Below are positions 26,612 to 35,544 of a DNA stretch of 64,000 bases, piece by piece. The stretch comes from Clostridia bacterium (GTDB taxonomy: Bacteria; Bacillota; Clostridia; Christensenellales; Aristaeellaceae), in the NCBI GenBank assembly GCA_045598325.1, contig JAZLLT010000050.1, positions 493 through 64,492 on the forward strand, in the 5' to 3' direction. The first letter of the stretch is position 1, and each line of letters opens with the position of its first letter. Below the pieces are notes generated by a model that was given only the letters and a program-made list of their open reading frames with translations, searched no databases and was not told the origin of the DNA. A program made the translations under genes and the position numbers.

Positions 26612-27613
26612 TCATTTGACTGTTCCGCCCCATTCAACGAGCGTAAAGCCGTTTCTTGCAGGCGTATCGGGCAATTCCGGCGCGGTGATTTGGGCAAAAT
26701 CTTCGCTCGGCGCATATGTCATGAACACGCGGATGATTGTGTCCGGTTCGGGCGACACCGTAAGGACCGCGCTGTCGCAGTAGGCAGCCGCATCGAAGGA
26801 AATGAGGTTGTAGGCGTTTTCCTGCATGAGGGGCAGCCAATAGACGATGAAGGCGTTTGTCTCGGAATCGTTTAGCCCGAGCTGCGGAAGGACGCCCTCC
26901 AGGAATTGTGCGGTATCCGTGCCTTTCACGCACCAGCCGCGGGACATATCCGTGTCAAACGCCGTCGTTCCCTCCCAGTAGAGGTAGTCATAGCGTCTGT
27001 CCTGCCCGTCGGTGAGCATTCCGCCGGGTTCAGCCGTCACCGTCCAGCCGTCGCCGTATGCGGGATAGGAGCAGGTGATACCGCCCGTGAGCGAGAGGCT
27101 CACCGAAACTTCGGTTTCCGTTTCGGGATAAAGATAGATGACGGGCTTGTAGCAGACGATTTCGGGATATTCAAGTGCGGGTTCCGTGCCCGGCGCAAAG
27201 AGCGTATATGTGTAGGTATCACCCTTTATGGTGAAGTTGAGTACCATCCAAAGATCCTTCCAATCATATACGGGAGTTTCCCCGTCCTCTGTGTCCGAAA
27301 CAGCCCGTTCTCTCACAATATCCACTTCTACCGTAACAAGTCCTTTATCGGACATTACCGTTAACCTATATGAACCGTCGCTGCCTGACTCCTGCACACG
27401 AATGCAGAACAGTATCTTCCCCTCCAGAATGCACATGCCCCCGGGACCCAGCAGTTCGAAGTTCCTGTCGCAGATATCCAGCGTCAGCCGTTCTGCGATA
27501 TTGGTCCAGAACCCCTCGATTTCCTCGACGGGTCTGTCCGCGAGAGCGAAAGAACCCGCAAGGAGCAGGAGCGCCAGAGTGAGCGCAAGCACTTTCATCA
27601 GATTCTTTTTCAT
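26612..27613 (-). CDS. secreted hypothetical protein (signal peptide)
   Basis: 333 aa. The N-terminus MKKNLMKVLALTLALLLLAGSFALA-DRP is a typical Sec signal. The start overlaps the fucosidase stop (ATGA). Confidence 0.7.
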   Translation of the reverse strand: MKKNLMKVLALTLALLLLAGSFALADRPVEEIEGFWTNIAERLTLDICDRNFELLGPGGMCILEGKILFCIRVQESGSDGSYRLTVMSDKGLVTVEVDIVRERAVSDTEDGETPVYDWKDLWMVLNFTIKGDTYTYTLFAPGTEPALEYPEIVCYKPVIYLYPETETEVSVSLSLTGGITCSYPAYGDGWTVTAEPGGMLTDGQDRRYDYLYWEGTTAFDTDMSRGWCVKGTDTAQFLEGVLPQLGLNDSETNAFIVYWLPLMQENAYNLISFDAAAYCDSAVLTVSPEPDTIIRVFMTYAPSEDFAQITAPELPDTPARNGFTLVEWGGTVK

Positions 27614-28938
27614 GGATTTCCCTTTCCGTCGCTGTTGTCGACGCCGTTGGACATCTGGGGATAATAGCAGAGATAGGAGTTATTGACTTCCTCGTCAAAC
27701 TCCATTTTAATGACCGCAACGCCCAGTTCATCGGGGCACTTCTCGGGAAGGTCGCTGATTTCGAGGCGATAGTTCACCGCGCGGAAGGGCAGTTCCTCTC
27801 CTGTTGCGAGGAGCGTGATCTTTTTCGGTTGATTTTTGAAGCCGCCAAAGCAAAGTTTGCCGCCCTTGGGCCAGATGAAATCGAAGCAGTAGACCGTTTT
27901 GTGATCGAGGGACACCGCCGCGCGGCATACCTGATTCAAGCGCACATCGATTTCATATCTCCTCGCCTTGCGTCCGTAGACTGCCTCCGCATTCCGCTTC
28001 ATCCACTTACCGAGGTCATTGAGCGGCTGCACCGCGTCCGCCGGCACGCTTCCGTCCGCCGCGGGACCGATGTTGATGAGCAGGTTTCCGCCGCCATTCA
28101 CGCACTTGGTAACGGTGTTCACCAGCTGCTGGGCGCGGAAGGAATAGGGTTCCGCCTGCGCGGCGTCCACATAGCCCCAGGAAAATCCGTTGAAGGTGAG
28201 GCAGGCTTCCCAGTCCGCACCTTCCTCCGCCACGCGCTTTCCGTCATTGGGTGGGAAGTTGAGGCTCTCTTCGGGCGTATAGAAATCCTCCGGCATGCGC
28301 GAGCGGTTGTTGATGAGGATGTGGGGCTGCAGGGCGCGCAGGCGGCTGTTGCGCTCCACGCTCTCCCACTGGTCAGATGTCATCTGCGGCCAGGGCATGT
28401 CGTACCAGAGGATATCGATCTTGCCGTAATTCGAAAGCAGTTCCACATTGAGCGCTTCGATGTAGTCGAGGAATCGGCGGCGGGAGGCTTCGTCATTATA
28501 GCACTTCCACGAATCGGGATGCCGCCAGTCCATGAGCGAGGAATACAAACCGATCTTGAGCCCGTACTTGCGGCAGGAGTCGGTGAATTCCTTCACAAGA
28601 TCGCGCCCGCAGGTGTTCATGGAATTGAACGGATTCACCTTGCTGTCCCAGAGGGAAAAGCCCTCGTGGTGGCGGGTCGTGAGCACCGCGTACTTCGCGC
28701 CGGCGGCGACAGCCAGACGGCACCATTCATCGGTGCAGCCGGGCTTGGGGCAAAAGTCCTTTGCCATCTTTTCCCACTCGGCAATGGTGTAACATTCCGT
28801 GGACTGCGCCCACTCGCCCATGCCGTAGGACGCGAACAGACCGTAGTGGATGAAAAGTCCGAGCCGTGCGTCGCGCCACCAGACGATGCGCTCGTCGTGA
28901 TCCTTTTGGGATTCATTCCAATACTCATCGTAAGTCAT
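27610..28938 (-). CDS. alpha-L-fucosidase (GH29)
   Basis: Contains LGLFIHYGLFASYG...TTRHHEGFSLWDS. The ORF is trimmed to the ATG at 28938 (GGAGGAAAACGGAA upstream). Confidence 0.8.
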   Translation of the reverse strand: MTYDEYWNESQKDHDERIVWWRDARLGLFIHYGLFASYGMGEWAQSTECYTIAEWEKMAKDFCPKPGCTDEWCRLAVAAGAKYAVLTTRHHEGFSLWDSKVNPFNSMNTCGRDLVKEFTDSCRKYGLKIGLYSSLMDWRHPDSWKCYNDEASRRRFLDYIEALNVELLSNYGKIDILWYDMPWPQMTSDQWESVERNSRLRALQPHILINNRSRMPEDFYTPEESLNFPPNDGKRVAEEGADWEACLTFNGFSWGYVDAAQAEPYSFRAQQLVNTVTKCVNGGGNLLINIGPAADGSVPADAVQPLNDLGKWMKRNAEAVYGRKARRYEIDVRLNQVCRAAVSLDHKTVYCFDFIWPKGGKLCFGGFKNQPKKITLLATGEELPFRAVNYRLEISDLPEKCPDELGVAVIKMEFDEEVNNSYLCYYPQMSNGVDNSDGKGNP

Positions 28939-29362
28939 TTCCGTTTTCCTCCGTTTCGATTTCGCGTATGTCGTCAAAAGGGATCTCCCGGCCGTTATCC
29001 AGAAGCAGCGTTGCCCCGATATCGTCGATTTTGACCGCCCGCGCCGTCACCGTTTCAAAGGATCCTCCTTCCTTTTTGCCGTCGGGCAGGAAGTAGGTCA
29101 CCTTCACGATGGGCTTTGAGCGGATGTGCCTTTGCAGATATCCCAGAGACGCATTGATGTTTTCCGTTTCATCGTCTCCGTTTTCACCCCGCGCAAAGGT
29201 GAGCCGCGCGGATTCGTCGATTTTTTCATCATATCCCGTAAGTGCGGCAAAGGGCGCGAACTGACCCGCGCGGTCCATGCGGCTCATGGGCGGATGCTTT
29301 TTCGATACGGGATGGGGCAGATCGATGATGTCGGCATAGTCTTCGATTTTGCGTTCGCTCAT
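28925..29362 (-). CDS. YolD-like protein (accessory to Y-family polymerase)
   Basis: 145 aa. RAGQFAPFAALTGYDE plus a beta-rich C-terminus, translationally coupled to the upstream polymerase gene (ATGA). Confidence 0.7.
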   Translation of the reverse strand: MSERKIEDYADIIDLPHPVSKKHPPMSRMDRAGQFAPFAALTGYDEKIDESARLTFARGENGDDETENINASLGYLQRHIRSKPIVKVTYFLPDGKKEGGSFETVTARAVKIDDIGATLLLDNGREIPFDDIREIETEENGNDLR

Positions 29363-30876
29363 GCCTTATGCCCTCCGACCTGTCCGTTGCGCTCGATGGC
29401 GGTGGCGCCTTCCTCAAAGTTCATGCCCATGAGGATGGCATTCCTGCCGTAGCGTTTTTTGATGTCCAGGATCGCCAGCTGGCGCCTTCTGTCCTTTTCC
29501 TGCTTTTGAGCGTCTTCCCTGCGGAGGCGTTCCTCCTGCTGAATATCATCGAACATGGAGATCTGCTCGGGCTCTCTTTGCATGTCCCCTTCCGTCTGCG
29601 TATCCACCGCAACGATGTAGACCCTGCGCACGAGGAGGCCTTTATTCACCTCGCGGTCATAGATCCGCATCGCCGCTTCCGTGATGGCACGGGTAGAGAA
29701 GGTTGGCGGATTCAGATCCTCAAAGCCGTGTGCGGGTTTCGGCACGGGTTTTCCGTACCGGTCGTCCGTCACGGGTCCCGTGTACTTCGCCGCGATGGCA
29801 GGATCCGCGAGACATTCGCTGTCGTAGCAGACGGTGAGATCCACGCGGCTCGCCACAAGGTTCTTTTCGGTCAGGTCCAGCGAAAGTCCGTTCGCCATCT
29901 CACGCACGATGATGCGGGCTTTGTCGAAGGTGTAGGCGCAGGACAGCACCTGTCCCTGCGAAAGAGAACTGCTTCCGGGCTGATACGCCTTGATATCCGC
30001 GATGGTGCAGTCCTCAAATCCCCACGCGTGATCGATGAGCAGCTGCGCGTTGACGCCGAAAAGTTTATAAAGCAGGTCCTCGTTATAGTGATCAGCCGGC
30101 TTTCCGACAGAACAGCGGGCAACATCGCCCATGGTCATGAGGCCGTTGTTCTCCAGTTTGCGGGCGATGCCCTTGCCCACGCGCCAGAAATCGGTGAGCG
30201 GTCTGTGGCACCAAAGTTCCCTGCGGTAACTCATTTCATTGAGTTCTGCCACGCGCACGCCATACTCGTCCGCTTCCATGTGCTTGGCGACGATATCCAT
30301 GGCGATTTTGGCAAGGTACAGGTTCGTTCCGATGCCCGCGGTGGCGGTGACGCCGGTTTCATTGAGCACCTCGTGCACCATTTTCATGGCAAGTTCGCGG
30401 GCGGTCAACCCGTAGATTTTGAGATATGCCGTCGCGTCGATGAACACCTCATCGATGGAGTACACATGGATATCTTCCGCGGACACAAAGCGAGTATAAA
30501 TACCGAAGATACGGGTGGAATAATCCATGTAATACGCCATACGGGGCTTGGCGACGAGGTAAGCGATTTTTAATGACGGGTCCTTTTTGAGCGCGGCGGC
30601 ATCCGCAGACTCGCCCGTGAAGGCGTGGCCCGGAGCGTACATCAGGCGGCGCGCATTTGCCTGCTTCGTCTTTTCCGCGATTTCAAAAAGCCGCGCCCTG
30701 CCGCCCGAACCGATCATGCTTTTGAGGGACGGCGAAACCGCCAGGCAGATGGTCTTTTCCGTGCGGCTTTCGTCCGCGACCACGAGATTGGTGGTCAGCG
30801 GGTCCAGTCCGCGCTCGACGCATTCCACGCTGGCGTAATACGATTTGAGATCGATTGCGATATACTGTCGTTCCAT
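29359..30876 (-). CDS. Y-family (translesion) DNA polymerase, UmuC/UvrX-like
   Basis: The ORF track extends to 31449, but the homologous part starts at the ATG at 30876 (MERQYIAIDLKSYYASVECVERGLDP...). Confidence 0.85.
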   Translation of the reverse strand: MERQYIAIDLKSYYASVECVERGLDPLTTNLVVADESRTEKTICLAVSPSLKSMIGSGGRARLFEIAEKTKQANARRLMYAPGHAFTGESADAAALKKDPSLKIAYLVAKPRMAYYMDYSTRIFGIYTRFVSAEDIHVYSIDEVFIDATAYLKIYGLTARELAMKMVHEVLNETGVTATAGIGTNLYLAKIAMDIVAKHMEADEYGVRVAELNEMSYRRELWCHRPLTDFWRVGKGIARKLENNGLMTMGDVARCSVGKPADHYNEDLLYKLFGVNAQLLIDHAWGFEDCTIADIKAYQPGSSSLSQGQVLSCAYTFDKARIIVREMANGLSLDLTEKNLVASRVDLTVCYDSECLADPAIAAKYTGPVTDDRYGKPVPKPAHGFEDLNPPTFSTRAITEAAMRIYDREVNKGLLVRRVYIVAVDTQTEGDMQREPEQISMFDDIQQEERLRREDAQKQEKDRRRQLAILDIKKRYGRNAILMGMNFEEGATAIERNGQVGGHKA

Positions 30877-30882
30877 AAGTCT

Positions 30883-30891
30883 ATTATAGCA
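30883..30891 (-). promoter_or_regulatory. extended -10 element (TGCTATAAT) ending 7 nt upstream of the polymerase ATG (possible leaderless mRNA)
   Basis: Minus strand reads TGCTATAATAGACTTATG. There is no Shine-Dalgarno between the -10 and the ATG. Confidence 0.4.
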
Positions 30892-30918
30892 TAAATCGCG
30901 TTTGTTTTCCAGTAGGTT

Positions 30919-30947
30919 TTGACTTATCCGAGCGGTGGTGGTATAAT
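30919..30947 (+). promoter_or_regulatory. consensus promoter of the serine-hydrolase gene
   Basis: TTGACT (30919..30924), a 17-nt spacer, then TATAAT (30942..30947). GGAGGTGA RBS before the ATG at 30973. Confidence 0.6.
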
Positions 30948-30972
30948 GCGTGCAAACAATCGGAGGTGAAAT

Positions 30973-32067
30973 ATGAATACCAATCTCATTTCCAAAGCAA
31001 TGGACGAATTTGACCGGTTGAAAGTTCCCTACAGCGCGGTAAAAGTATACAAAAATCACGCACTCGTCTATGAAGCCGAACGCGGAGACAAAACGGAAAG
31101 CGGAAAGCGCTTCTTTCTTTATTCCTGCAGTAAGGTCATGACCGTGGCAGCCGTGATGCGGCTGATCGAGCAGGGCAAACTGCACCTCACCGATTCCGTA
31201 TGCAAATACCTGCCCGCGTATGAAAACGCCTATGTGGAAGAGGATGGCAAAAAGAAGATCGTCGGAGACAAGATGACCATCCGCCATCTGTTCACCATGA
31301 GCGCAGGACTCACCTATGATTTCAATACCGCGCCCGTTCTCGCCGCACGCGCGGTCAAAGGTGCCGATACCGTTGATATCGCAAACGCCTTCATCGAAAC
31401 ACCTCTCTCCTTTGAACCCGGGTACCGATTTCAGTACAGTCTCTGCCACGATGTGCTGGGTGCCATCGCGTCTGTCATCACGGGTATGAGTTTCGCCGCG
31501 TTCATGGAGAAGGAACTCTTCTCTCCCCTCGGCATGAAGGACACCTCATTTTCTTTCAGAGAAGATGAGATGGCGAAGAAGTATGTCTATAAGGACGGCG
31601 CGTATCTGCCGGATGCATGCTCGAATGCCTATATCCTCGGAGAGAATTACCACAGCGGCGGCGCGGGCGTGGTCAGTACGCTTCACGATTTTGCACTGTT
31701 CGCGGACGCTCTTGCCTGCGGCGAAGGAAAGGACGGCTATCCGCTCATCCGCCGCGAAAGCGTGGATCTGCTGCGCACGGAGCAACTGCACGGGCTACTC
31801 ATAAACTACAACTTCGGCTGCGCGGCGGGCGATGAATTCGGTTACGGGCTCGGCGTTCACACGCTGACGGCACCAAACAGCGAAACGAAAGCGCCCCTGG
31901 GCGTATTCGGTTGGGACGGAGCTGCGGGCGCGTACATCATGTGCGACCCGGAGCACAAACTGTCCATCGCTTATCTGACCCATGTGCATAACTGGCCGTC
32001 CGTCAATAAAAACGCACCATTCCATAGAGAACTCAGAAACGCCGTGTGCGAGGCGGTGCTTGGGTAA
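30973..32067 (+). CDS. serine hydrolase, beta-lactamase/PBP4*-type family
   Basis: 364 aa. SxxK motif in FFLYSCSKVMTVAAVMRL. Confidence 0.75.
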   Translation: MNTNLISKAMDEFDRLKVPYSAVKVYKNHALVYEAERGDKTESGKRFFLYSCSKVMTVAAVMRLIEQGKLHLTDSVCKYLPAYENAYVEEDGKKKIVGDKMTIRHLFTMSAGLTYDFNTAPVLAARAVKGADTVDIANAFIETPLSFEPGYRFQYSLCHDVLGAIASVITGMSFAAFMEKELFSPLGMKDTSFSFREDEMAKKYVYKDGAYLPDACSNAYILGENYHSGGAGVVSTLHDFALFADALACGEGKDGYPLIRRESVDLLRTEQLHGLLINYNFGCAAGDEFGYGLGVHTLTAPNSETKAPLGVFGWDGAAGAYIMCDPEHKLSIAYLTHVHNWPSVNKNAPFHRELRNAVCEAVLG

Positions 32068-32100
32068 CAAAAAAGCGGAGCGAAATGCTCCGTTTTTTAT
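32068..32100. terminator. bidirectional intrinsic terminator
   Basis: AAAAAA-GCGGAGC-gaaat-GCTCCGT-TTTTTAT lies between convergent genes. Confidence 0.65.
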
Positions 32101-33077
32101 TGGTTCCGTTTCCACCACGGAATGGATAATTCCTCCCGGTTGTAGTAGGCGCCTTCCTTTTCGGAGGATTCCATCTTGGGGAAATATGCCTGTACAAAGC
32201 GATGTTCGTCGTGATTTCTGAAAAACAGACCCAGTGAATCGTCTTCATAGATCTGAAGAAGGATACTCCTGCAGTAGGAGCCGCGGATGTTTTCGAAACT
32301 CGCCACATCCACCTGCGGCACATCCTGCCAGTCCACCCATTGGATCTGGGAAAAGATGCGCTCTTTCGGGCACATATACTCACCGATGTGGGAGTGTCCG
32401 TAAAGGTGGAGCCGCACGGTCTTCGGAAGCGGCTGGATCTTTCCGAGGAAGCAGGTTTCGCGGTTTCCGCCCGGGAACGCGCAATGGGCGGCGGTGATGA
32501 TGTTGGGCTTTTCGCACGCCTCCATGTCCCTCCGGATGGCGGCGAAATGGTCGTCTCCGTAAGGATAATGCTCCCCGCCGTAGCGGATGCCGTTGTGCGT
32601 GGAGCACCAGGAATTGTCGTGTGCCACATGGTCGCAGAAGAAATAAACCATGTAGTTGCCGACGGGCACCTTGAACCAGGTCTCTTCCGTGTCTGAGGTG
32701 GTATACCAGCCGGAATGGCGGCGGACCATGTCGTAAAACGGCATTTGGTAGGGCGTGATGCCATTCCTCATGCAGTGCTCCGCGTAGTCGTAATCGTGGT
32801 TGCCCGTGGCGTAGCACAGCGGGATGCCGAGGCTCCCGAAGGCGTTTTCCTGAAGATCCGTCATGCGGATGAGTTCAGGAAGGTTCGCGCTCTCCGTGCT
32901 GTCCCCCAGATACCAGATCATTTCCGCGGGGCAGCCCAGAAGACGGTAATCGTCCACGCAGATGGTGAGGCACTTTTCCGCATTTTCATACAGTTTCTGC
33001 TGCAGATCGGAAAACACCCATATCTCATGCTTCGCCCTTCCTTTGCAGGAAGCATACAGTTCATCGTATATGGTCAT
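32097..33077 (-). CDS. metallophosphoesterase (calcineurin-like)
   Basis: Motifs VFSDLQ, GDSTE, GNHDYD and GHSH. The ORF is trimmed to the ATG at 33077, which overlaps the YitT stop. Confidence 0.75.
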   Translation of the reverse strand: MTIYDELYASCKGRAKHEIWVFSDLQQKLYENAEKCLTICVDDYRLLGCPAEMIWYLGDSTESANLPELIRMTDLQENAFGSLGIPLCYATGNHDYDYAEHCMRNGITPYQMPFYDMVRRHSGWYTTSDTEETWFKVPVGNYMVYFFCDHVAHDNSWCSTHNGIRYGGEHYPYGDDHFAAIRRDMEACEKPNIITAAHCAFPGGNRETCFLGKIQPLPKTVRLHLYGHSHIGEYMCPKERIFSQIQWVDWQDVPQVDVASFENIRGSYCRSILLQIYEDDSLGLFFRNHDEHRFVQAYFPKMESSEKEGAYYNREELSIPWWKRNQ

Positions 33078-33982
33078 CTCTTGACTCCCTGACGCGTGAT
33101 TTTCTTGAAGTTGCCGATGGTGTGGGTCACATCGCTCACGCACACGAAGGTGCCTGGATAGGCGGCGATGATTTCCATGAAGTCCTTGATCTGATGGGGA
33201 TTGACCACGCAGATGAGCATGGTCTTCTCCTGCTTCGTATATCCGCCGATCGCCTTGAACACGGTGACGGAATGGCGGAGTTTTTTAATGAGTTCATCGG
33301 TGAGCCCGTCCGGATCGTCGGTGATCATTTCCAGTTTCACGGCACTTTCGCCGCCGCGGATGATGCCGCCGGAAATATTGGTGGTCAGGTAGGTGTAAAC
33401 GATGGAAAGGATGACTGGCTCCACATTCCAATCATACACAAAGTAACTGGACAAAGCGACAGCGGCGTTGAACCAGAACAGGACCTTTGTGAAGGCGATA
33501 TCCGGGTGATGTTCATGGACATACTGGGCAATGAAGTCCGTACCGCCCGTAGTGCCGCCGCAGCGCACCACGAGACCATAGATGACGCCGTTCACGGCGC
33601 CTGCCGCGATGGGACCCAGGATGGTGCTTCTTGCGTCGCCCGTGTAATACACGAAGCGGTCGATGTCGATGATTTTGTTCTGGAAAAGGAGCAGGACGCC
33701 CGAAAAGACCAGTACATACAGCATGGTCTTGCAGGTGAATTTCTTACCGATCAAAAACCAGGATGCGATCGCCAGCGGGATGTTGATAAGCAGGGACATG
33801 TAGGAAATGGAAATGCCCAGTTTGTACTGCACCATCGTGGCGATGCCGTTGACGCCCGCAGGCGCGAACGAGTTCTGAATGATGAAGATGTAGTAGTTGC
33901 ACGCCAGAACACAGGCGCCCAGCGCAATCAGGATGCAGGATTTCGTTTCGGAAAAGAACTTGTACTGTCGCATTTTTCTCAC
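33074..33982 (-). CDS. YitT-family membrane protein (with DUF2179-like C-terminal domain)
   Basis: 302 aa, multi-TM. The N-terminus ...ALGACVLACNYYIFIIQNSFAPAGVNGIA is typical of the YitT family. Confidence 0.75.
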   Translation of the reverse strand: MRKMRQYKFFSETKSCILIALGACVLACNYYIFIIQNSFAPAGVNGIATMVQYKLGISISYMSLLINIPLAIASWFLIGKKFTCKTMLYVLVFSGVLLLFQNKIIDIDRFVYYTGDARSTILGPIAAGAVNGVIYGLVVRCGGTTGGTDFIAQYVHEHHPDIAFTKVLFWFNAAVALSSYFVYDWNVEPVILSIVYTYLTTNISGGIIRGGESAVKLEMITDDPDGLTDELIKKLRHSVTVFKAIGGYTKQEKTMLICVVNPHQIKDFMEIIAAYPGTFVCVSDVTHTIGNFKKITRQGVKR

Positions 33983-33984
33983 CT

Positions 33985-34509
33985 TTACTCTTTGCAGCAG
34001 GAACCGCTGTCCCCGCCGTGACCCAGCAGTTTCTTCAGTTGACAGGAGATATCGCCGAAACTCTGATCCGAAAGAGACGCATAGTGGAGCAGCACCTCGA
34101 TGATGAAGCGGTCCAGTTCAAACACTTCTTTGATCTGATTGATCATATAAGTGTGATAGTCGTTGTTGCGCAGCATTTCCGCAGGGTTGCTCGGATAAGC
34201 CGCCCAGATCTCGAAATGGGCGGCGCCGAAGGAGATGAGGCTTTCGTATAATATCTTTGCGCGGTCAAAGGCCTGCATCTTCCCTTCCAGATGCTTTTTC
34301 GCGCGGTCGATTTCCTTGTACCAGTCTTCCAGAACGATCGCGGCGATCAGCGCTTTCTTGCTTTTGAAATAGAGATAGACCGTCCCCACGGATGCGCCGC
34401 TCACTTCTGACAGCCTGCGCACGGAAAGCGCTCCGATGCCCTCTTTCCGAATAATCTCGCGGGCGGTATCGAGCAGTTTCCGCCTGCGTTTCAGCCCTTT
34501 ATCCGGCAT
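33985..34509 (-). CDS. TetR-family transcriptional regulator
   Basis: HTH LLDTAREIIRKEGIGALSVRRLSEVSGASVGTVYLYFKSK. The start is at the ATG at 34509 (GGAGGG 6 nt upstream). Confidence 0.85.
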   Translation of the reverse strand: MPDKGLKRRRKLLDTAREIIRKEGIGALSVRRLSEVSGASVGTVYLYFKSKKALIAAIVLEDWYKEIDRAKKHLEGKMQAFDRAKILYESLISFGAAHFEIWAAYPSNPAEMLRNNDYHTYMINQIKEVFELDRFIIEVLLHYASLSDQSFGDISCQLKKLLGHGGDSGSCCKE

Positions 34510-34632
34510 AATCATCCCTCCGGTTTTCGTGCGCTTTATTATACTCTCTTTCGTTTCGGGCGTCAACCACGCCTCCGGTGACATTGCAGTTACATCATTA
34601 GAATTTTCCATTTATTTTTGTGTAACATTCTA

Positions 34633-34661
34633 TTGACATTCAGATGGTTACATTGTATAAT
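34633..34661 (+). promoter_or_regulatory. consensus promoter of the transglutaminase/pilus-like operon
   Basis: TTGACA (34633..34638), a 17-nt spacer, then TATAAT (34656..34661). The ATG at 34668 lies 7 nt after the -10, so a leaderless start is possible. Confidence 0.6.
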
Positions 34662-34667
34662 TGCATT

Positions 34668-35528
34668 ATGAAGCGCGATGTAATGAACATGAACCGGCCC
34701 GACCTTCCGGAGAAGGTGCAGCGGAGAAGAAAAGTCTTCTTCGCACTTTGCGTGATTCTGCTTCTGTCGGCAACCGTTCTGGTCATCGCGGCTGTCACAC
34801 CCCGCTATACATCGACTCCCGAAACAAAAGTATGGACTTACGGCGCTGTTACGATGGACCTGTCAAACGCGTCGGAAGGCTATATCGCCGTCAAGCACTC
34901 GAAGACCGACAAGGGTCTCAAACTCCGTATCATGACCGGCTCCCACATGGACACCTACGATTTATCGGGTGACGGCGAGTACAATATCTTCCCCCTGCAG
35001 TACGGTGCGGCAACATATAATGTGACCACCTACACCGGAGTGGGCGGAAACCGCTACGCGAACGAATGCACCCACGGCTTCTACGCGGACATCAAGGATC
35101 CGGATTCCTGCTTCCTGTATCCCAACCAGCGGGCATGGTACACGGAAGACAGCGCGGTCGTCGCCAAGGCGGCGGAACTGTGCGCGGGACTTGAGACGGA
35201 TCTTGAAAAGATCCAGGCGTGCTACAACTACATACGGGAAAATGTGAAATACGATTACATCTTCGCCATGACCGTGGAAACGGGTTATCTGCCCGACCCG
35301 GACAGCACGCTTGCCAGCGGCAAGGGCATCTGCTACGACATGGCTTCCCTGCTGACCGCCATGCTGCGCTCGCAGGGCATCTACACAAAGACCGTGACGG
35401 GCAATCTCAACAGTAATGTTTACCATGCGTGGAACAAGGTCCTCGTAGACGGAAAATGGAGGATGCTGGATCCGACCAACGGCTCCAGGTACAAGGCCTC
35501 CGCATACGAAGAACTCAGCACATTCTGA
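34668..35528 (+). CDS. membrane-anchored transglutaminase-like (Cys-His-Asp) domain protein
   Basis: An N-terminal TM (FFALCVILLLSATVLVIAAV) is followed by GKGICYDMASLL...VYHAWNKVLVDGKWRMLDPT. The ORF-track start at 34644 lies inside the promoter, so an in-frame ATG at 34668, 34683 or 34689 is the likely start. Confidence 0.75.
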   Translation: MKRDVMNMNRPDLPEKVQRRRKVFFALCVILLLSATVLVIAAVTPRYTSTPETKVWTYGAVTMDLSNASEGYIAVKHSKTDKGLKLRIMTGSHMDTYDLSGDGEYNIFPLQYGAATYNVTTYTGVGGNRYANECTHGFYADIKDPDSCFLYPNQRAWYTEDSAVVAKAAELCAGLETDLEKIQACYNYIRENVKYDYIFAMTVETGYLPDPDSTLASGKGICYDMASLLTAMLRSQGIYTKTVTGNLNSNVYHAWNKVLVDGKWRMLDPTNGSRYKASAYEELSTF

Positions 35529-35544
35529 CAAGGAGCGCAAAACC

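Noticed and set aside
30877-30972. An SOS (LexA/Cheo) box expected upstream of the YolD/polymerase cassette
   Set aside because: No GAAC-N4-GTTC-like palindrome is visible on either strand in the intergenic region. The absence is reported but not over-interpreted, because the species-specific LexA motif is unknown to me.
30877-31449. A 191-codon N-terminal extension of the Y-family polymerase ORF (ORF track 29359..31449)
   Set aside because: Recognisable polymerase sequence starts at MERQYIAIDLKS (ATG at 30876). The extension runs through the divergent consensus promoter and the 5' end of the plus-strand serine-hydrolase gene, and it has no polymerase-like sequence.
34621-34652. TGTAAC...GTTACA inverted repeat as a definite TetR operator
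   Set aside because: Six-bp arms separated by 20 nt are not statistically meaningful on their own. It is mentioned only as a candidate within the control-region finding.
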